From a virus (Duplodnaviria > Caudoviricetes), in the IMG/VR virus record IMGVR_UViG_2518285550_000001, positions 4,277 through 68,276 of that record: a DNA stretch of 64,000 nt; one strand, written 5' to 3'. The notes under the pieces were generated by a model. It did not search any database, had not been told where the DNA came from, and worked only from the letters and a program-made list of their open reading frames with translations. The stretch's first letter is position 1. Each line of letters begins with the position of its first letter. Made by a program: the position numbers and the translations under genes. Positions 45,821 through 55,177 of the stretch are shown piece after piece.

Positions 45821-46213
45821 TCACATCCCCAGGAACGCGCGCAGGGCTGCGATAACCACGTCAAACGGCAGCAGCAGCGCATCGTAGACATCGCCGAGCC
45901 CCCCACCGGTGATCCGCATCAGCGTCGGCGCGAGCACGATCAGGATGAACGCCGGCCAGTCCGGACGCCGGTCCGCGATGTCCACGATGATGAACATCAA
46001 CGCCGCGATGGAGGCGATAGCCGCCCCGCCCGAACTGATGCCGACCGCGCTGCCGAACTCGGACGACATGCCGACTCCACCCAGTAGGGCAGCCCCCCAC
46101 GCGATCCAGGAGAAGAACCTCGACACCGTCTGGTGCTTGAGCCGCCTCGAGATCAGGTACTGGGCCGTGATGCCGATGATGACCAGACCGAAGCCGATAC
46201 CGACGTTGAACAT
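45821..46213 (-). CDS. multi-pass membrane protein (Spd-like)
   Basis: 4-5 hydrophobic helices within the transfer operon. Confidence 0.65.
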   Translation of the reverse strand: MFNVGIGFGLVIIGITAQYLISRRLKHQTVSRFFSWIAWGAALLGGVGMSSEFGSAVGISSGGAAIASIAALMFIIVDIADRRPDWPAFILIVLAPTLMRITGGGLGDVYDALLLPFDVVIAALRAFLGM

Positions 46214-46219
46214 GGCAGG

Positions 46220-46669
46220 TCACCCCTTCCCGAGGGCGAAAGTCGCGGCGAACGCCGCAAAGACGAGGTAGAACAGCCACCGCCGGACAGGGCGGGCGGT
46301 GAGGTAACGCAGCGGCCCCTGCAAGAACGTCGGAGCCACGAGAGTCAGACCGAACATGAGGTACCGGTCGGTGTGGTTCGAGATCAGCCACGCGAGCCGC
46401 AGCCCCTCCGACCGGCCAGGAATCCGGCGCACATCCACGACGCTGGTACGCCACATCGCGGCCAGCGACAGGGGGCGGGCAGTCCACAGCCACCACCGCC
46501 GGAGCGCCCGCCGCACGGCCGTGAGCAGCGATTCGGGCCGAATCTTGCCGACACTCAACGTCACCGGTACCCTCGCGCGTGCGCGCGTAGACACAGGCGG
46601 GCTGTCCAGCACCGGCACCCTGCCGTTTCGAGGGGATCGAATTTCACCCGGAGTAGCTGTCGTGGTCAT
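46220..46669 (-). CDS. membrane protein (Spd-like)
   Basis: C-terminal TM helices; coupled to neighbours. Confidence 0.55.
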   Translation of the reverse strand: MTTTATPGEIRSPRNGRVPVLDSPPVSTRARARVPVTLSVGKIRPESLLTAVRRALRRWWLWTARPLSLAAMWRTSVVDVRRIPGRSEGLRLAWLISNHTDRYLMFGLTLVAPTFLQGPLRYLTARPVRRWLFYLVFAAFAATFALGKG

Positions 46670-46869
46670 CGCGTGGGCTCCTCTCGCATGTGGTGAACCA
46701 ACGTCAGAACGCCGTCGGTGGCGTCGTCGAGACGACCCAGACGCCACGCCTCAGCGACCAGCCAGCCGCAGGCACTCCACAGCCGCTGCCGGGGCGTGGC
46801 CGCTTCGTTGACGCGGCTTTCGTGCCATTCACGGCGACGCCGGGCCGACTTTTCGGCGCGGGTCGCCAT
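46666..46869 (-). CDS. hypothetical protein
   Basis: Start and stop overlaps on both sides. Confidence 0.55.
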   Translation of the reverse strand: MATRAEKSARRRREWHESRVNEAATPRQRLWSACGWLVAEAWRLGRLDDATDGVLTLVHHMREEPTR

Positions 46870-47138
46870 CAGATGCCCTGCTCAGCGGGCATGACCCACC
46901 GCCACAGCACCGGGCCACGGCCCTTCCCGTCGGTGTCGGTGTCCCGCACTTCCAGGTGGAACTCGTGGGCCAAACTGCGGCGGCTTCCGGTGCGGAGGAC
47001 CGCGCCGAGGAGGTGCCGGTTGAGGGTGGTGCCGGTGGTATCGCCGTCTGCCAGGTCGATGGCGGTCAGGTAGGGGTTGACGTCTCGTACTGGCCGTCCG
47101 TTGTGGAAGACGTTGATCTCGTAGATTCTCGATGCCAT
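46869..47138 (-). CDS. hypothetical protein
   Basis: GAGG before ATG; TGATG coupling. Confidence 0.55.
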   Translation of the reverse strand: MASRIYEINVFHNGRPVRDVNPYLTAIDLADGDTTGTTLNRHLLGAVLRTGSRRSLAHEFHLEVRDTDTDGKGRGPVLWRWVMPAEQGI

Positions 47139-47170
47139 CGAATCCTCGAATTCTTGTTCGTTTCCGCAGG

Positions 47171-47509
47171 TCAGGGCTTGTTCTTCGGGTCGCCGTGGTA
47201 GGGCTCGTCGGTTACCGCGTACACCCACTTGCGGCCCTCGCGGGCCACCTCGGCGACCAGCAGCATGGCGACACCAACCAGCGCACCGGCGATGACAGCG
47301 GCGACCGTCGAGAGTTCGATGAGTGTGTTGGTGGCGATGCCGCCGACGCCGGCAGCTCCGGCGAACGCGGCAGCGAGGCCAGCCCATTCGGCGGCGATCT
47401 GTCGCCAGTCGCGATGCTTGACGATCTTCGAGTGGTCGATGGCGTCCCCGGCTGCGGGAACAGCGACGGCGGCGGGTCGGGTGGTAGCGGGCAAGGCGTC
47501 AGTGGTCAT
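47171..47509 (-). CDS. two-TM membrane protein (frame also open upstream to 47755)
   Basis: GGGAGG RBS before ATG at 47509; two hydrophobic helices. Confidence 0.55.
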   Translation of the reverse strand: MTTDALPATTRPAAVAVPAAGDAIDHSKIVKHRDWRQIAAEWAGLAAAFAGAAGVGGIATNTLIELSTVAAVIAGALVGVAMLLVAEVAREGRKWVYAVTDEPYHGDPKNKP

Positions 47510-48348
47510 CGGCCAGTCCTCCCAGTGACGGTCGTGGGCGATCAGGTGACGCACGCCGCGTATGGCGTCAGCGTCACGGGTGACGGTGCGGGCGACATGA
47601 CGGCGCTGCGGGCGGAGCGTCAGCCCGCCCGCCAATACGGCGTCAGCGTCGATGCCGGTGGCGGTGGCGGCCAGGTCGTGGAGGGTGCCGGCGGGGTGAC
47701 GGCCCCCGCGGGTCGAGATGACGGGGAAGGAGAGGGCGTCAGTCACGTCCGTCACCTGCCGTCAGCTCGGCCACGATCCGGTCGTGTTCGGCGCGCAGGA
47801 TCTGCTCGGCGTCAGCGACGGCCAACTCAGCCAGCCACTTAGGCCGGTTGGTGCGGGCTGCCGACTCGGCGCCCTCCACAGCCTCAGCCATCCACGTACC
47901 GGCCGGCTCCACACCGAGAGCCATACAGAGCAGCAAAAACACCTTCATGCCGTCCCGCTTGCTGCCGCCGCCGTCGACTACCTGCCGGGCCTTCTTGGCG
48001 GCGTAGTCGCGGACCTGGTTGACGGTCCAGTCCCGGAATCGCTCGTCGATGAGGTCGCGGCTGAGAGGGCGGACGGCGGTGACGTCAGTCCGGGTGCGTT
48101 TGACGGTGACGTTGCTGCGGCTGGCAGTTGGAGTGACGGTGTCGGTGGTGGTGGCTTCGGTGACGGGGACGACGGTGGTGACGGGCGTTTGTGAGCGACT
48201 GACGGTGACGGTGGGCGTCTCCGCGTCGCCGTCACGGCTGGCGTCACGGTGGGGCGTCTGCGTCGGTTCGACGTCGATGATGTGACGGTGACGGTCGGCG
48301 TCACCGGTCGGGATCTGCGTCACCTCAGCCCAGGCGTCACCGGTGACG
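47497..48348. repeat. dense TGACG/CGTCA (often GTGACGG) motif field in two clusters
   Basis: About 33 copies by hand count in about 850 bp: 47497-47814 and 48020-48348. Confidence 0.8.
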
Positions 48349-49295
48349 GCGTCGGGCTTTGTCGCTTCCACGATGCCGCGCACGATCGACAGGCGGCGCA
48401 GCAGCTTCGCCCGGACGTTCGGGTTCTCGGCGAGGTCGATCCACTTGCAGGCGGCCTGCGTCTGCCGCATGACCCGCCAGCCGAGCCACGCGATGTAGAG
48501 GCGCTTGATGCGGCCCGGCTTGGGGTTGGCGCGGGTCGTGTTGTGGAAGTGGTTGAGCAGCCGGGACAGCCGGTCCATGCGGCGCAGGGTGGCGACCTCG
48601 GACACGCTGATGCTGGCCGGTTCCGCTAGGCCGAGGGTGACGGCGATTCGACGCCACGGGATACCGCGGCTGGTGGGCGGCGGGTACTTGCCGGGGTTGC
48701 GGTGGTGCAGGATGTCCCGCTGCTCGATCAGGCTCTCGTACCACATGTAGGCGGCGACACCTGCGGCGGCGATGCGGAACAGGCGCAGGTCTGCGCTGTC
48801 GGCGTGGACGGCGGAGAGGCTGGCTGAGATGCCGGCGAGGATGAACACGGCCCGGTGGGCGCGGCCGAGGTCGCCGTGGCGGTACAGGTGGCGGGTGGCG
48901 CGGCGGCTGGCGTCGAAGATGCCGAGTTCGATGAATGCGAACAGGACGAGCCGCAGCGTCCAGTGGATTTCGATGACGTCGGTGAAGAACTGCCACATGC
49001 CGAGGGCGACGACGATGGTGGCGATGGTGGCGACGACGCGGGTGATGGCCCGGTCGGCGGCGGTGAGGTCGTCGGCTTTGCGTTCGATGGCGGGCTTGCG
49101 GCGACGGCGCAGCAGTTTGACGGCGAGGATGCCGCCGAGGGCGATGGCGACGGCGGTCATCGTGTTGTCGGGGTTGTTGAACCAGGTGACGGCGTTGTCG
49201 GTGAGCGGGTCGAGCCAGCCGCGCGTGGCCGGGGTGTAGGGCTCGTCAGACACCTGCACTCCGGGGTCGATGTACTTGGCGAGCTGCATGGTCAC
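47739..49295 (-). CDS. SpdB/DUF2637-like membrane protein with C-terminal putative DNA-binding domain
   Basis: Several N-terminal TM helices, Thr/Val-rich repeat-encoded linker, helical C-terminus; first gene of the transfer operon. Confidence 0.6.
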   Translation of the reverse strand: MTMQLAKYIDPGVQVSDEPYTPATRGWLDPLTDNAVTWFNNPDNTMTAVAIALGGILAVKLLRRRRKPAIERKADDLTAADRAITRVVATIATIVVALGMWQFFTDVIEIHWTLRLVLFAFIELGIFDASRRATRHLYRHGDLGRAHRAVFILAGISASLSAVHADSADLRLFRIAAAGVAAYMWYESLIEQRDILHHRNPGKYPPPTSRGIPWRRIAVTLGLAEPASISVSEVATLRRMDRLSRLLNHFHNTTRANPKPGRIKRLYIAWLGWRVMRQTQAACKWIDLAENPNVRAKLLRRLSIVRGIVEATKPDAVTGDAWAEVTQIPTGDADRHRHIIDVEPTQTPHRDASRDGDAETPTVTVSRSQTPVTTVVPVTEATTTDTVTPTASRSNVTVKRTRTDVTAVRPLSRDLIDERFRDWTVNQVRDYAAKKARQVVDGGGSKRDGMKVFLLLCMALGVEPAGTWMAEAVEGAESAARTNRPKWLAELAVADAEQILRAEHDRIVAELTAGDGRD

Positions 49296-49340
49296 CGGCC
49301 CTCGCCTCCTCTGGTTGGGGTTCGCGTTCTCAGCTGGACC

Positions 49341-49395
49341 GTGCCATAGTGCGAACAGTTTGACAAGCTAGAACTGTACGAACAGTAGCACGACT
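49341..49395. promoter_or_regulatory. divergent promoter/operator region of the transfer operon
   Basis: AT-rich; TTGACA at 49360; CGAACAGT repeated at 49352 and 49379. Confidence 0.55.
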
Positions 49396-49491
49396 CCAGA
49401 CGGAGGGGCATCTATGAACACGGCGGTGATCGCGAACACCGGGAACGGTGGGTACGCTCACCGCAGATTCCAGCGGCGGAGAGCAGGGGCG

Positions 49492-49758
49492 ATGGGGGAC
49501 GACGACAACCGCGACGAGGTCGCCGAGCTTGAAGCCCGAGTGCGTGCCGGCGAATGGTTGAAAACCGGGCCGGTCGCGGTCCTGCTCGGCATGGGGCGCA
49601 CCAAGGTCCACACGCTGGTGAAACAGGGAGTGATCGGACATCGGAAGATTCCCGGCGCCCCACAGAAGCCGCAGCGGGAGTGCAACCCGAAGGATGTGTT
49701 GCGCCTACTGGAGGAGGGTCGCCGCGAGTTCCACGGCGAGTCTGAGGATCCGAGCTGA
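49492..49758 (+). CDS. excisionase/MerR-like HTH protein (likely transfer-operon regulator)
   Basis: WLKTGPVAVLLGMGRTKVHTLV..G.I; divergent from the transfer operon; alternative start at 49414. Confidence 0.7.
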   Translation: MGDDDNRDEVAELEARVRAGEWLKTGPVAVLLGMGRTKVHTLVKQGVIGHRKIPGAPQKPQRECNPKDVLRLLEEGRREFHGESEDPS

Positions 49759-49937
49759 GCCATGTCCACTCCCCTACCGGCATGCTGGTGCGCTGTCGGG
49801 TTGAGCGTGGTCGGGCCAGCAGCCCGCCGGAACGCCATCTGCGCACCGTCGGCCTGCCAACCGGTCCGGATTGGAGTGCGCTCGGTCATACGCTGGGGTG
49901 TGGATGGTGCTGCGCTGACCTACGGGGGGCGGAAACG

Positions 49938-51344
49938 ATGACCACCACCACGGATGAGACGAACCGGCTTCGCGTGCTACGGGAAGCATGCTCGTTGACA
50001 CAGCGGGAGGTCGCGGACCGGCTTGGTCCGGCTGTGACTGAGGCGCATGTTGGTCGGTGGGAGCGCGGGGAGGTTGCCCCGTCGCTGCGGTATCGGCGGC
50101 TGTTGGCGGGGGTGTTCGGTGTGAAGGTGGCCGACCTCGGTTTGCCTGCCACTCCCCCGGCGCCGCGTCCCAGGTCGAGCGCAGAGGACTGGTTTGTGGC
50201 AGATGAGCAGGATTCCCGGGTGGTCGAGTCGCAGGATCGTTGGCGGGCCACCCGGGCGGCGTTGAACGCCAACCGGCACCAACTAGCCCAGGTGGCGGCC
50301 GGGTTGTATCCGGACCACCGGCTGGCGGACACGGGGCTGATCGCCGGTGAGGGATGGATTCCGAACGGCCCGGTCGACCTGGCCGCGGTGAAGCTGATGG
50401 AGGTTCCTGACGCGCCGCAGTCGACGTTGGATGGGTCGGAGCGTGAGGCAGCTCGGCTGCTGCCGGACCAGTCGCTGACGCGCCCGTTTCCGAGGTACAC
50501 GATGGCAGTGCGGGATCTGGCGAGGCCGCGCCTGTTTGAGGACCGGCACGCCTGGCGGCTTGTTGGCGTGGACTGGTCGGCGGGTTCCCTGGCGTTCGGG
50601 GACACCACCTACTTCCAGTGCGCCGACGTGTTCGAGTCGCTGGCGCACGAGCTGGCCTACGTGGCGTTGGACGCCGACGGTAGGCCGGGGTCAGTTCCGT
50701 CGCTGCGTGACCTGCCGTTCCGCCGCCTGGTCGGCTCCCCGTTCGACCTCAGCCGTCGTCCGGTGATGCCGGCCGTGTCCACCTTGACCATCAGGCGTGA
50801 CGGGGATTCGGCTGAGTTTCTGATGCACCGCCGTGACCCTCGGGCTGTTGCCGCCGCTGGGGGCATGTTGCAGGTGATCCCGTCGGGGATCTTCCAGCCG
50901 TCGAGTCTGCTGCCGGCTGCTCGCGCCGCCGACTTCGACCTGTGGCGAAACATCCAACGTGAGTTGGCTGAAGAACTGTTGGGGATGCCGGAGGCGGACG
51001 GGCACGGCCGACCCGTCGACTACGCCTCAGGCCCGTTCGGGGTGCTCGATGAGGCGCGCGACGCGGGCCGAGTGCGGGTGTGGTGTCTGGGTGTGGCGTT
51101 GGATGCGCTCACGCTGGTTGGGGAGATCCTGACCGTGCTGGTGGTCGACGCCGACGTGTTCGACCATCTCGCCTACGACTTCGTGGACCGCAATGATGAG
51201 GGCCAGGTGGTGGCGGAGCGGTTCCCGTTTACGGCTGAGGGGGTGCGGGGGCTACTCGGGTCTGGGCGTGTCGCCCCGGCTGGTGCCGGCTGTTTGGACC
51301 TGGCTTGGCGGTGGCGGGACATGCTGCTACCACAGCAGCGGTAA
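49938..51344 (+). CDS. XRE-HTH protein fused to a Nudix-like domain
   Basis: LTQREVADRL...VGRWERGE..P; C-terminal H.R......AGG..QVIPSG.FQP...RELAEELLG. Confidence 0.75.
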   Translation: MTTTTDETNRLRVLREACSLTQREVADRLGPAVTEAHVGRWERGEVAPSLRYRRLLAGVFGVKVADLGLPATPPAPRPRSSAEDWFVADEQDSRVVESQDRWRATRAALNANRHQLAQVAAGLYPDHRLADTGLIAGEGWIPNGPVDLAAVKLMEVPDAPQSTLDGSEREAARLLPDQSLTRPFPRYTMAVRDLARPRLFEDRHAWRLVGVDWSAGSLAFGDTTYFQCADVFESLAHELAYVALDADGRPGSVPSLRDLPFRRLVGSPFDLSRRPVMPAVSTLTIRRDGDSAEFLMHRRDPRAVAAAGGMLQVIPSGIFQPSSLLPAARAADFDLWRNIQRELAEELLGMPEADGHGRPVDYASGPFGVLDEARDAGRVRVWCLGVALDALTLVGEILTVLVVDADVFDHLAYDFVDRNDEGQVVAERFPFTAEGVRGLLGSGRVAPAGAGCLDLAWRWRDMLLPQQR

Positions 51345-51378
51345 TGACGGGCCGCATTGATCCCTCTACTCTGCGCAC

Positions 51379-51792
51379 ATGAGACTTCGTCATGCCATAC
51401 CGGCGGCCGGGGCAGCCCTCACCCTTACCCTCACCGGCTGCTCTACCAGCTACGAGGATCGCCGCGACTACCTGCGGACAGTCGCCGTGCGGGGCGCCGA
51501 AACCCACTCGCTGATCGCAGCATCTGAGGGAAGCCCTGACGCAGAGCGGTGCAAAGCTGCGCATCATGCGATGAACGATGACGCCCCTGGTGACGGTGGA
51601 ACTGTGATGGATGAGAAGGAGTGGGAGACGGCCGTGGAGGCGTTTTTCGTTGATTCGTGCGTTTCGGGGAAGCCGAAGGAGTTGCCGCCGCTAGGTCCGC
51701 CTGCTACGCCCGTACCGCCGTCTGAGACACCGCCATCGCCTACGTTGCTACCGTCGGAATCTGCTGCGGTGGATCCGCCCGTAGGCGGCTAG
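51379..51792 (+). CDS. lipoprotein
   Basis: Signal peptide with lipobox LTGC; Pro-rich tail. Confidence 0.75.
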   Translation: MRLRHAIPAAGAALTLTLTGCSTSYEDRRDYLRTVAVRGAETHSLIAASEGSPDAERCKAAHHAMNDDAPGDGGTVMDEKEWETAVEAFFVDSCVSGKPKELPPLGPPATPVPPSETPPSPTLLPSESAAVDPPVGG

Positions 51793-51808
51793 CAGGTGAT
51801 AGCGAACG

Positions 51809-51839
51809 GAGCCCCGGACCGGATGACCGGCCGGGGCTC
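51809..51839. terminator. hairpin between convergent genes
   Basis: GAGCCCCGG / CCGGGGCTC stem. Confidence 0.6.
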
Positions 51840-51929
51840 AATGGTGCAGTTGTCAGTCCGCTTAGCGGACTGAGGGATGCGCCGCGAGCGCGTTGGCGGG
51901 CCAGCAGGTCCGCTTGGTGAGCTTGTCGA

Positions 51930-52097
51930 TCACTGCTGGTCTCGTTCTCTGCCGTGGCGTAGGTGTTCGGCGCTGCTGGTGTCGGCGGCGTCATGGTCTT
52001 CGAACTCGTCGGCTTCGGCCCCGCAGGCGCACCACCATCCGTGGGTGCCGTTGCAGTTGGTAAAGACGGTGATGTTGTGGAAGTCCGGGGCGGTCAC
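51930..52097 (-). CDS. small hypothetical protein (W.C.CG motif)
   Basis: GGAGGAAGA before GTG; translates VTAPDFHNITVFTNCNGTHGWWCACG...; not in the ORF track. Confidence 0.45.
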   Translation of the reverse strand: MTAPDFHNITVFTNCNGTHGWWCACGAEADEFEDHDAADTSSAEHLRHGRERDQQ

Positions 52098-52158
52098 TCT
52101 TCCTCCGCTCGCAGGTCGTTGAGTTCGGTGGCGATCATCGCCGCGCCGCGTTCAGGTA

Positions 52159-52482
52159 TCAGCAGAATTCGGCGGCCAGCCAACGCCGCCCGTTCAGGTC
52201 GTAGAAGCCGGCACCACCGGTATGGGTGGCCCCGCACTCAACCCACGAGGGGGTCCGTGACTGCTTGGCGGCGATGGCCACCATTTCGTCACGGGTGACC
52301 GTGTATCCGTACTCGGACACGATCACGCCCTGGTCGAGTTGGGCAAGCCACGCCGGGTAGTCGGTGACGCCTTGGTCGGGGTGGGCGCGGAACGTGAATC
52401 CTCCGGCGGCGTGCTTGCCGAGGTGGACGCCTTCGTCGCCGTCCGGGGTGTCGGCGGTGCGAAGGTAGTAGTTGGTCGACAT
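52159..52482 (-). CDS. conserved phage-type hypothetical protein
   Basis: AGGAGA RBS; MSTNYY...HLGK...G..F.F. Confidence 0.7.
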   Translation of the reverse strand: MSTNYYLRTADTPDGDEGVHLGKHAAGGFTFRAHPDQGVTDYPAWLAQLDQGVIVSEYGYTVTRDEMVAIAAKQSRTPSWVECGATHTGGAGFYDLNGRRWLAAEFC

Positions 52483-52519
52483 TGTGGTGTCTCCTGTCTG
52501 CGGGTCAGATGGTTGGGGT

Positions 52520-53044
52520 TTAACTGCGGCGCCTCATCCGCAGTTGCTGCGCACAGTCGACACAGTTCGTGTCGTTGCCACCCGACAGTGCCCCGTACAC
52601 GTTTACGCCGGCGTGTGGGTCGTCACGGATGTAGTACAGCGGCCTACCACAGAACGTGGCGAAGTCACCGGCGAGCATCAGATGGGTGGTGTGGTCGGGG
52701 GCGCATGTGTCGCACCACCCGGGCTGCTTGCGGCTGGGGGTGACTCGAGGGGCGTTCAGGTCGGCGTTGCAGACGGGGCACAGCCTCCCGGTAGCGTCGG
52801 TGCCGGGGAGTGCAGCGAGGTGGTTAAGGCCGTCGTTGGTGATGGCGTACAGACGCCGGTAGCGGGTGGTGCGTCCGTCGGTGATGTAGCCGAGGTCGGT
52901 GAGCTGCTGAATGTGCCGGTCGTGGACCTGCGCTCCACCGAGGTCGATGCTGGCGGTGCCGTTGTTGTTGCGGCCGAGGGTGCCGGCTGCAGCTGCGTGG
53001 AGCGCTCGGGTGGCGGCTTTGGAGAGCTTCTTCGGTGCGGTCAC
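52520..53044 (-). CDS. winged-helix plus zinc-finger hypothetical protein
   Basis: L.DLGYI......Y.IT.DG; CPVC, CDTC, CVDC. Confidence 0.55.
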   Translation of the reverse strand: MTAPKKLSKAATRALHAAAAGTLGRNNNGTASIDLGGAQVHDRHIQQLTDLGYITDGRTTRYRRLYAITNDGLNHLAALPGTDATGRLCPVCNADLNAPRVTPSRKQPGWCDTCAPDHTTHLMLAGDFATFCGRPLYYIRDDPHAGVNVYGALSGGNDTNCVDCAQQLRMRRRS

Positions 53045-53239
53045 GGCTGGGTGCTCCCTCATTCTCATCGGTGATCGCATGAGCCCGGATGTCCCGCTGC
53101 CGGCGGTAAGAACCCGAGGTGCGGTCCGGCGGCGTACCGGCTCAACGGCGGGTGTAGCCGGGTAACCGACCCCTGTGGGCTGGCCGTACGGGTCCGGGTC
53201 GATCGGCTCTGCCGAGGGGTATTGGTGATGGTGGGGCGG

Positions 53240-53734
53240 TCATCGCTCTTCCTCCCAGGTGTAGAAGGCGGTTACCGCCAGGTCGTCGGCGAGGTTCAGC
53301 AGCATCGATGCAGCGGCCGACAGGCTCACATGGTCGGCGTCGCCGAGGCCGGCCGGGGTCTGCTCGACCATCGCCGCGCGGGCGACCTTGATGCCCGCAA
53401 CAACATCTGTCAGCGGTAGCCCGGCCGGTCCGAGCTCGGTGAGCCAGGCGTCCAGCAGGGGAGCCGCTGTCGCGTAGGCACCGGCGACGCCTGTGGCCCA
53501 GGCGTGCCCGTACGGGTCGCTGTCCTCGGTGCGGTGGTCCGCTTCGTCCATGGCGGCAGCGCCTCGTGTGGTCCAGTCGGCGCGGATCTGCTTCGGTGAG
53601 AGCACCTGGCGGCCGTTGATGATCAGGTGGCCGGTGTAGGACACCGCCGTGCCGTGCCGGTCAGTACTGATACGGGATGAGCCGGTAGCGCGGATGCTGA
53701 CACCGGCCAGCGTCGAAAGACGGCAGGTCGGCAT
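53240..53734 (-). CDS. hypothetical protein
   Basis: TGATG coupling to the Nudix gene. Confidence 0.5.
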   Translation of the reverse strand: MPTCRLSTLAGVSIRATGSSRISTDRHGTAVSYTGHLIINGRQVLSPKQIRADWTTRGAAAMDEADHRTEDSDPYGHAWATGVAGAYATAAPLLDAWLTELGPAGLPLTDVVAGIKVARAAMVEQTPAGLGDADHVSLSAAASMLLNLADDLAVTAFYTWEEER

Positions 53735-54408
53735 CACACACATCCCAACACGTCGGCGATCAGGTCGCGGTGGGCGGCGAACAGCCGGCCGTCGTGCAGC
53801 ACGTCGAGGTGGGTCAGCAGGCAGTCGTAGTCGTCGGCGGGGAGCCAGTCGGCGCGGCGGGCGTCGTCGGCGCCGGTCACGTCCGGCAGGATGCGGAACC
53901 CGCGCCCGAGGTCGATACGTACAGGGGTGGTGACCATCCATGCCTCGTCGGATGCGCGGGGGTCGGGCACGACCCGGGCGGGCAGCGTCGTGACCCAGGG
54001 GTCGGTGGGGTTGGCGACAAGGCCGGTTTCCTCGGTCAGCTCGCGGAACGCGGCGGCGGCGGGGGTTTCGCCGGGGTCGACGTGCCCGCCGGGTAGCGCC
54101 CATCCGTGGTTGTCGTCGCGCTCGATCAGCAGCAGCCACCGGTCACCGGCGGAGTCCACTGCGGTGACGATCGCGTCGGCGGCCTGCGCCTCACCCCAGT
54201 GGCCGAGCTCGTTGCGGCCGTAGCGGATGCCGGTCGGCGCAGCCGGGTTGACCGGCCGCCCATTGACCAGGGGAAACGGGATCGCGGCGACAGCCCGGCG
54301 GGCATCCCAGTCGATGACAGTAGGGTCCATGGTCGGATCGGCCCATCTCGCTCCGGCGGTGATGGCGTTCAGAACGCTTGGGTGGGTGTAGGTGCGGTCA
54401 GCGCTCAT
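53734..54408 (-). CDS. Nudix hydrolase, NUDT9/ADP-ribose pyrophosphatase-like
   Basis: GRPVNP...TG...GR..LG.WG...AADAIVT; [12 protein letters not shown]...AA.REL.EETG; DPR.SD.AW; GADDA..A.W; LFAAH. Confidence 0.88.
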   Translation of the reverse strand: MSADRTYTHPSVLNAITAGARWADPTMDPTVIDWDARRAVAAIPFPLVNGRPVNPAAPTGIRYGRNELGHWGEAQAADAIVTAVDSAGDRWLLLIERDDNHGWALPGGHVDPGETPAAAAFRELTEETGLVANPTDPWVTTLPARVVPDPRASDEAWMVTTPVRIDLGRGFRILPDVTGADDARRADWLPADDYDCLLTHLDVLHDGRLFAAHRDLIADVLGCV

Positions 54409-54627
54409 GGCTACCTCCGGTCGGGGCGGTCGGATGGGGGGAATCCGGTGGGGGTGATTGGAACTTGTCAACGTCGCGGGTGGGGCAGTTCTGCGGACAC
54501 TGACTGACCTCAACGTCGGTGTCGCACACGCATACCTGCGGCATCGGTTCCAGACGCACGCGGCGGCGGGGGTAGCCGTACGACGCCACCCCCGACTGAA
54601 AGTCACGGCCGGCACGCTTAGCCCGAT

Positions 54628-54828
54628 TCACCGCTGCCGCCACTCGGGTGAGCTGCCCTGCGGACTCGTCCGCCAGGCCATGCTGTCTCTGGCGGCCTTC
54701 GCTTGAGGCGTCGCTTTGAGCGCCCGCCGTGCGTCTTCCAGCCGCTTCTGGTTGGCGGGGGTCGGGGTGTCTTTCGCGTTCTGCTGGGCGTGCAGGAACG
54801 CGTCTGCTTTCTGCTTGAATGGGTTCAC
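54628..54828 (-). CDS. small basic protein
   Basis: GGAGG RBS before GTG. Confidence 0.5.
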   Translation of the reverse strand: MNPFKQKADAFLHAQQNAKDTPTPANQKRLEDARRALKATPQAKAARDSMAWRTSPQGSSPEWRQR

Positions 54829-54858
54829 GGTCGGCCCTCCGTTTGGGTGCGGGTCGAC

Positions 54859-54891
54859 CACCCCTACGGCGCTCGAATCGCCGTAGGGGTG
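54859..54891. terminator. perfect 13-bp hairpin
   Basis: CACCCCTACGGCG-N7-CGCCGTAGGGGTG. Confidence 0.65.
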
Positions 54892-54959
54892 ATCCTCTGG
54901 TTGGGGATCGGGGCGGGGTGCGGTCGGCTTGTCCAGGGCGTGACCGCACCCCGCCGGCT

Positions 54960-55094
54960 CTACTTACGTCCGGTGTTGCCGCCGTTGAGGGCGTTGTCGA
55001 CGGCGGCGGTGCGCTTCGACAGGGGCAGGTCCGCGGTGGCGCGGATGGTTTGCCCGACCTGCTGCGCCCGGTCGCTGCTGGTGTTCTTCGCCAT
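54960..55094 (-). CDS. 44-aa small protein
   Basis: GAAGGAG RBS; MAKNTSSDRAQQ... Confidence 0.55.
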   Translation of the reverse strand: MAKNTSSDRAQQVGQTIRATADLPLSKRTAAVDNALNGGNTGRK

Positions 55095-55177
55095 GTCTGC
55101 TCCTTCGTTAGGGGTGGTCGTTCGCGTCTGCGGCGACCCCGCGCGGGCCGGTTGGTGCACGATCCGGCCCGACGGGC

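Larger units (their letters stand above)
41295..49295 (-). mobile_element. actinomycete TraB/Spd-type conjugation module
   Basis: Coupled minus-strand operon of membrane proteins ending in an FtsK/SpoIIIE ATPase. Confidence 0.8.

Noticed and set aside
53081-53239. GC-rich intergenic stretch as a possible tRNA or structured ncRNA
   Set aside because: No cloverleaf or T-loop consensus and no recognisable family; a covariance-model search would be needed
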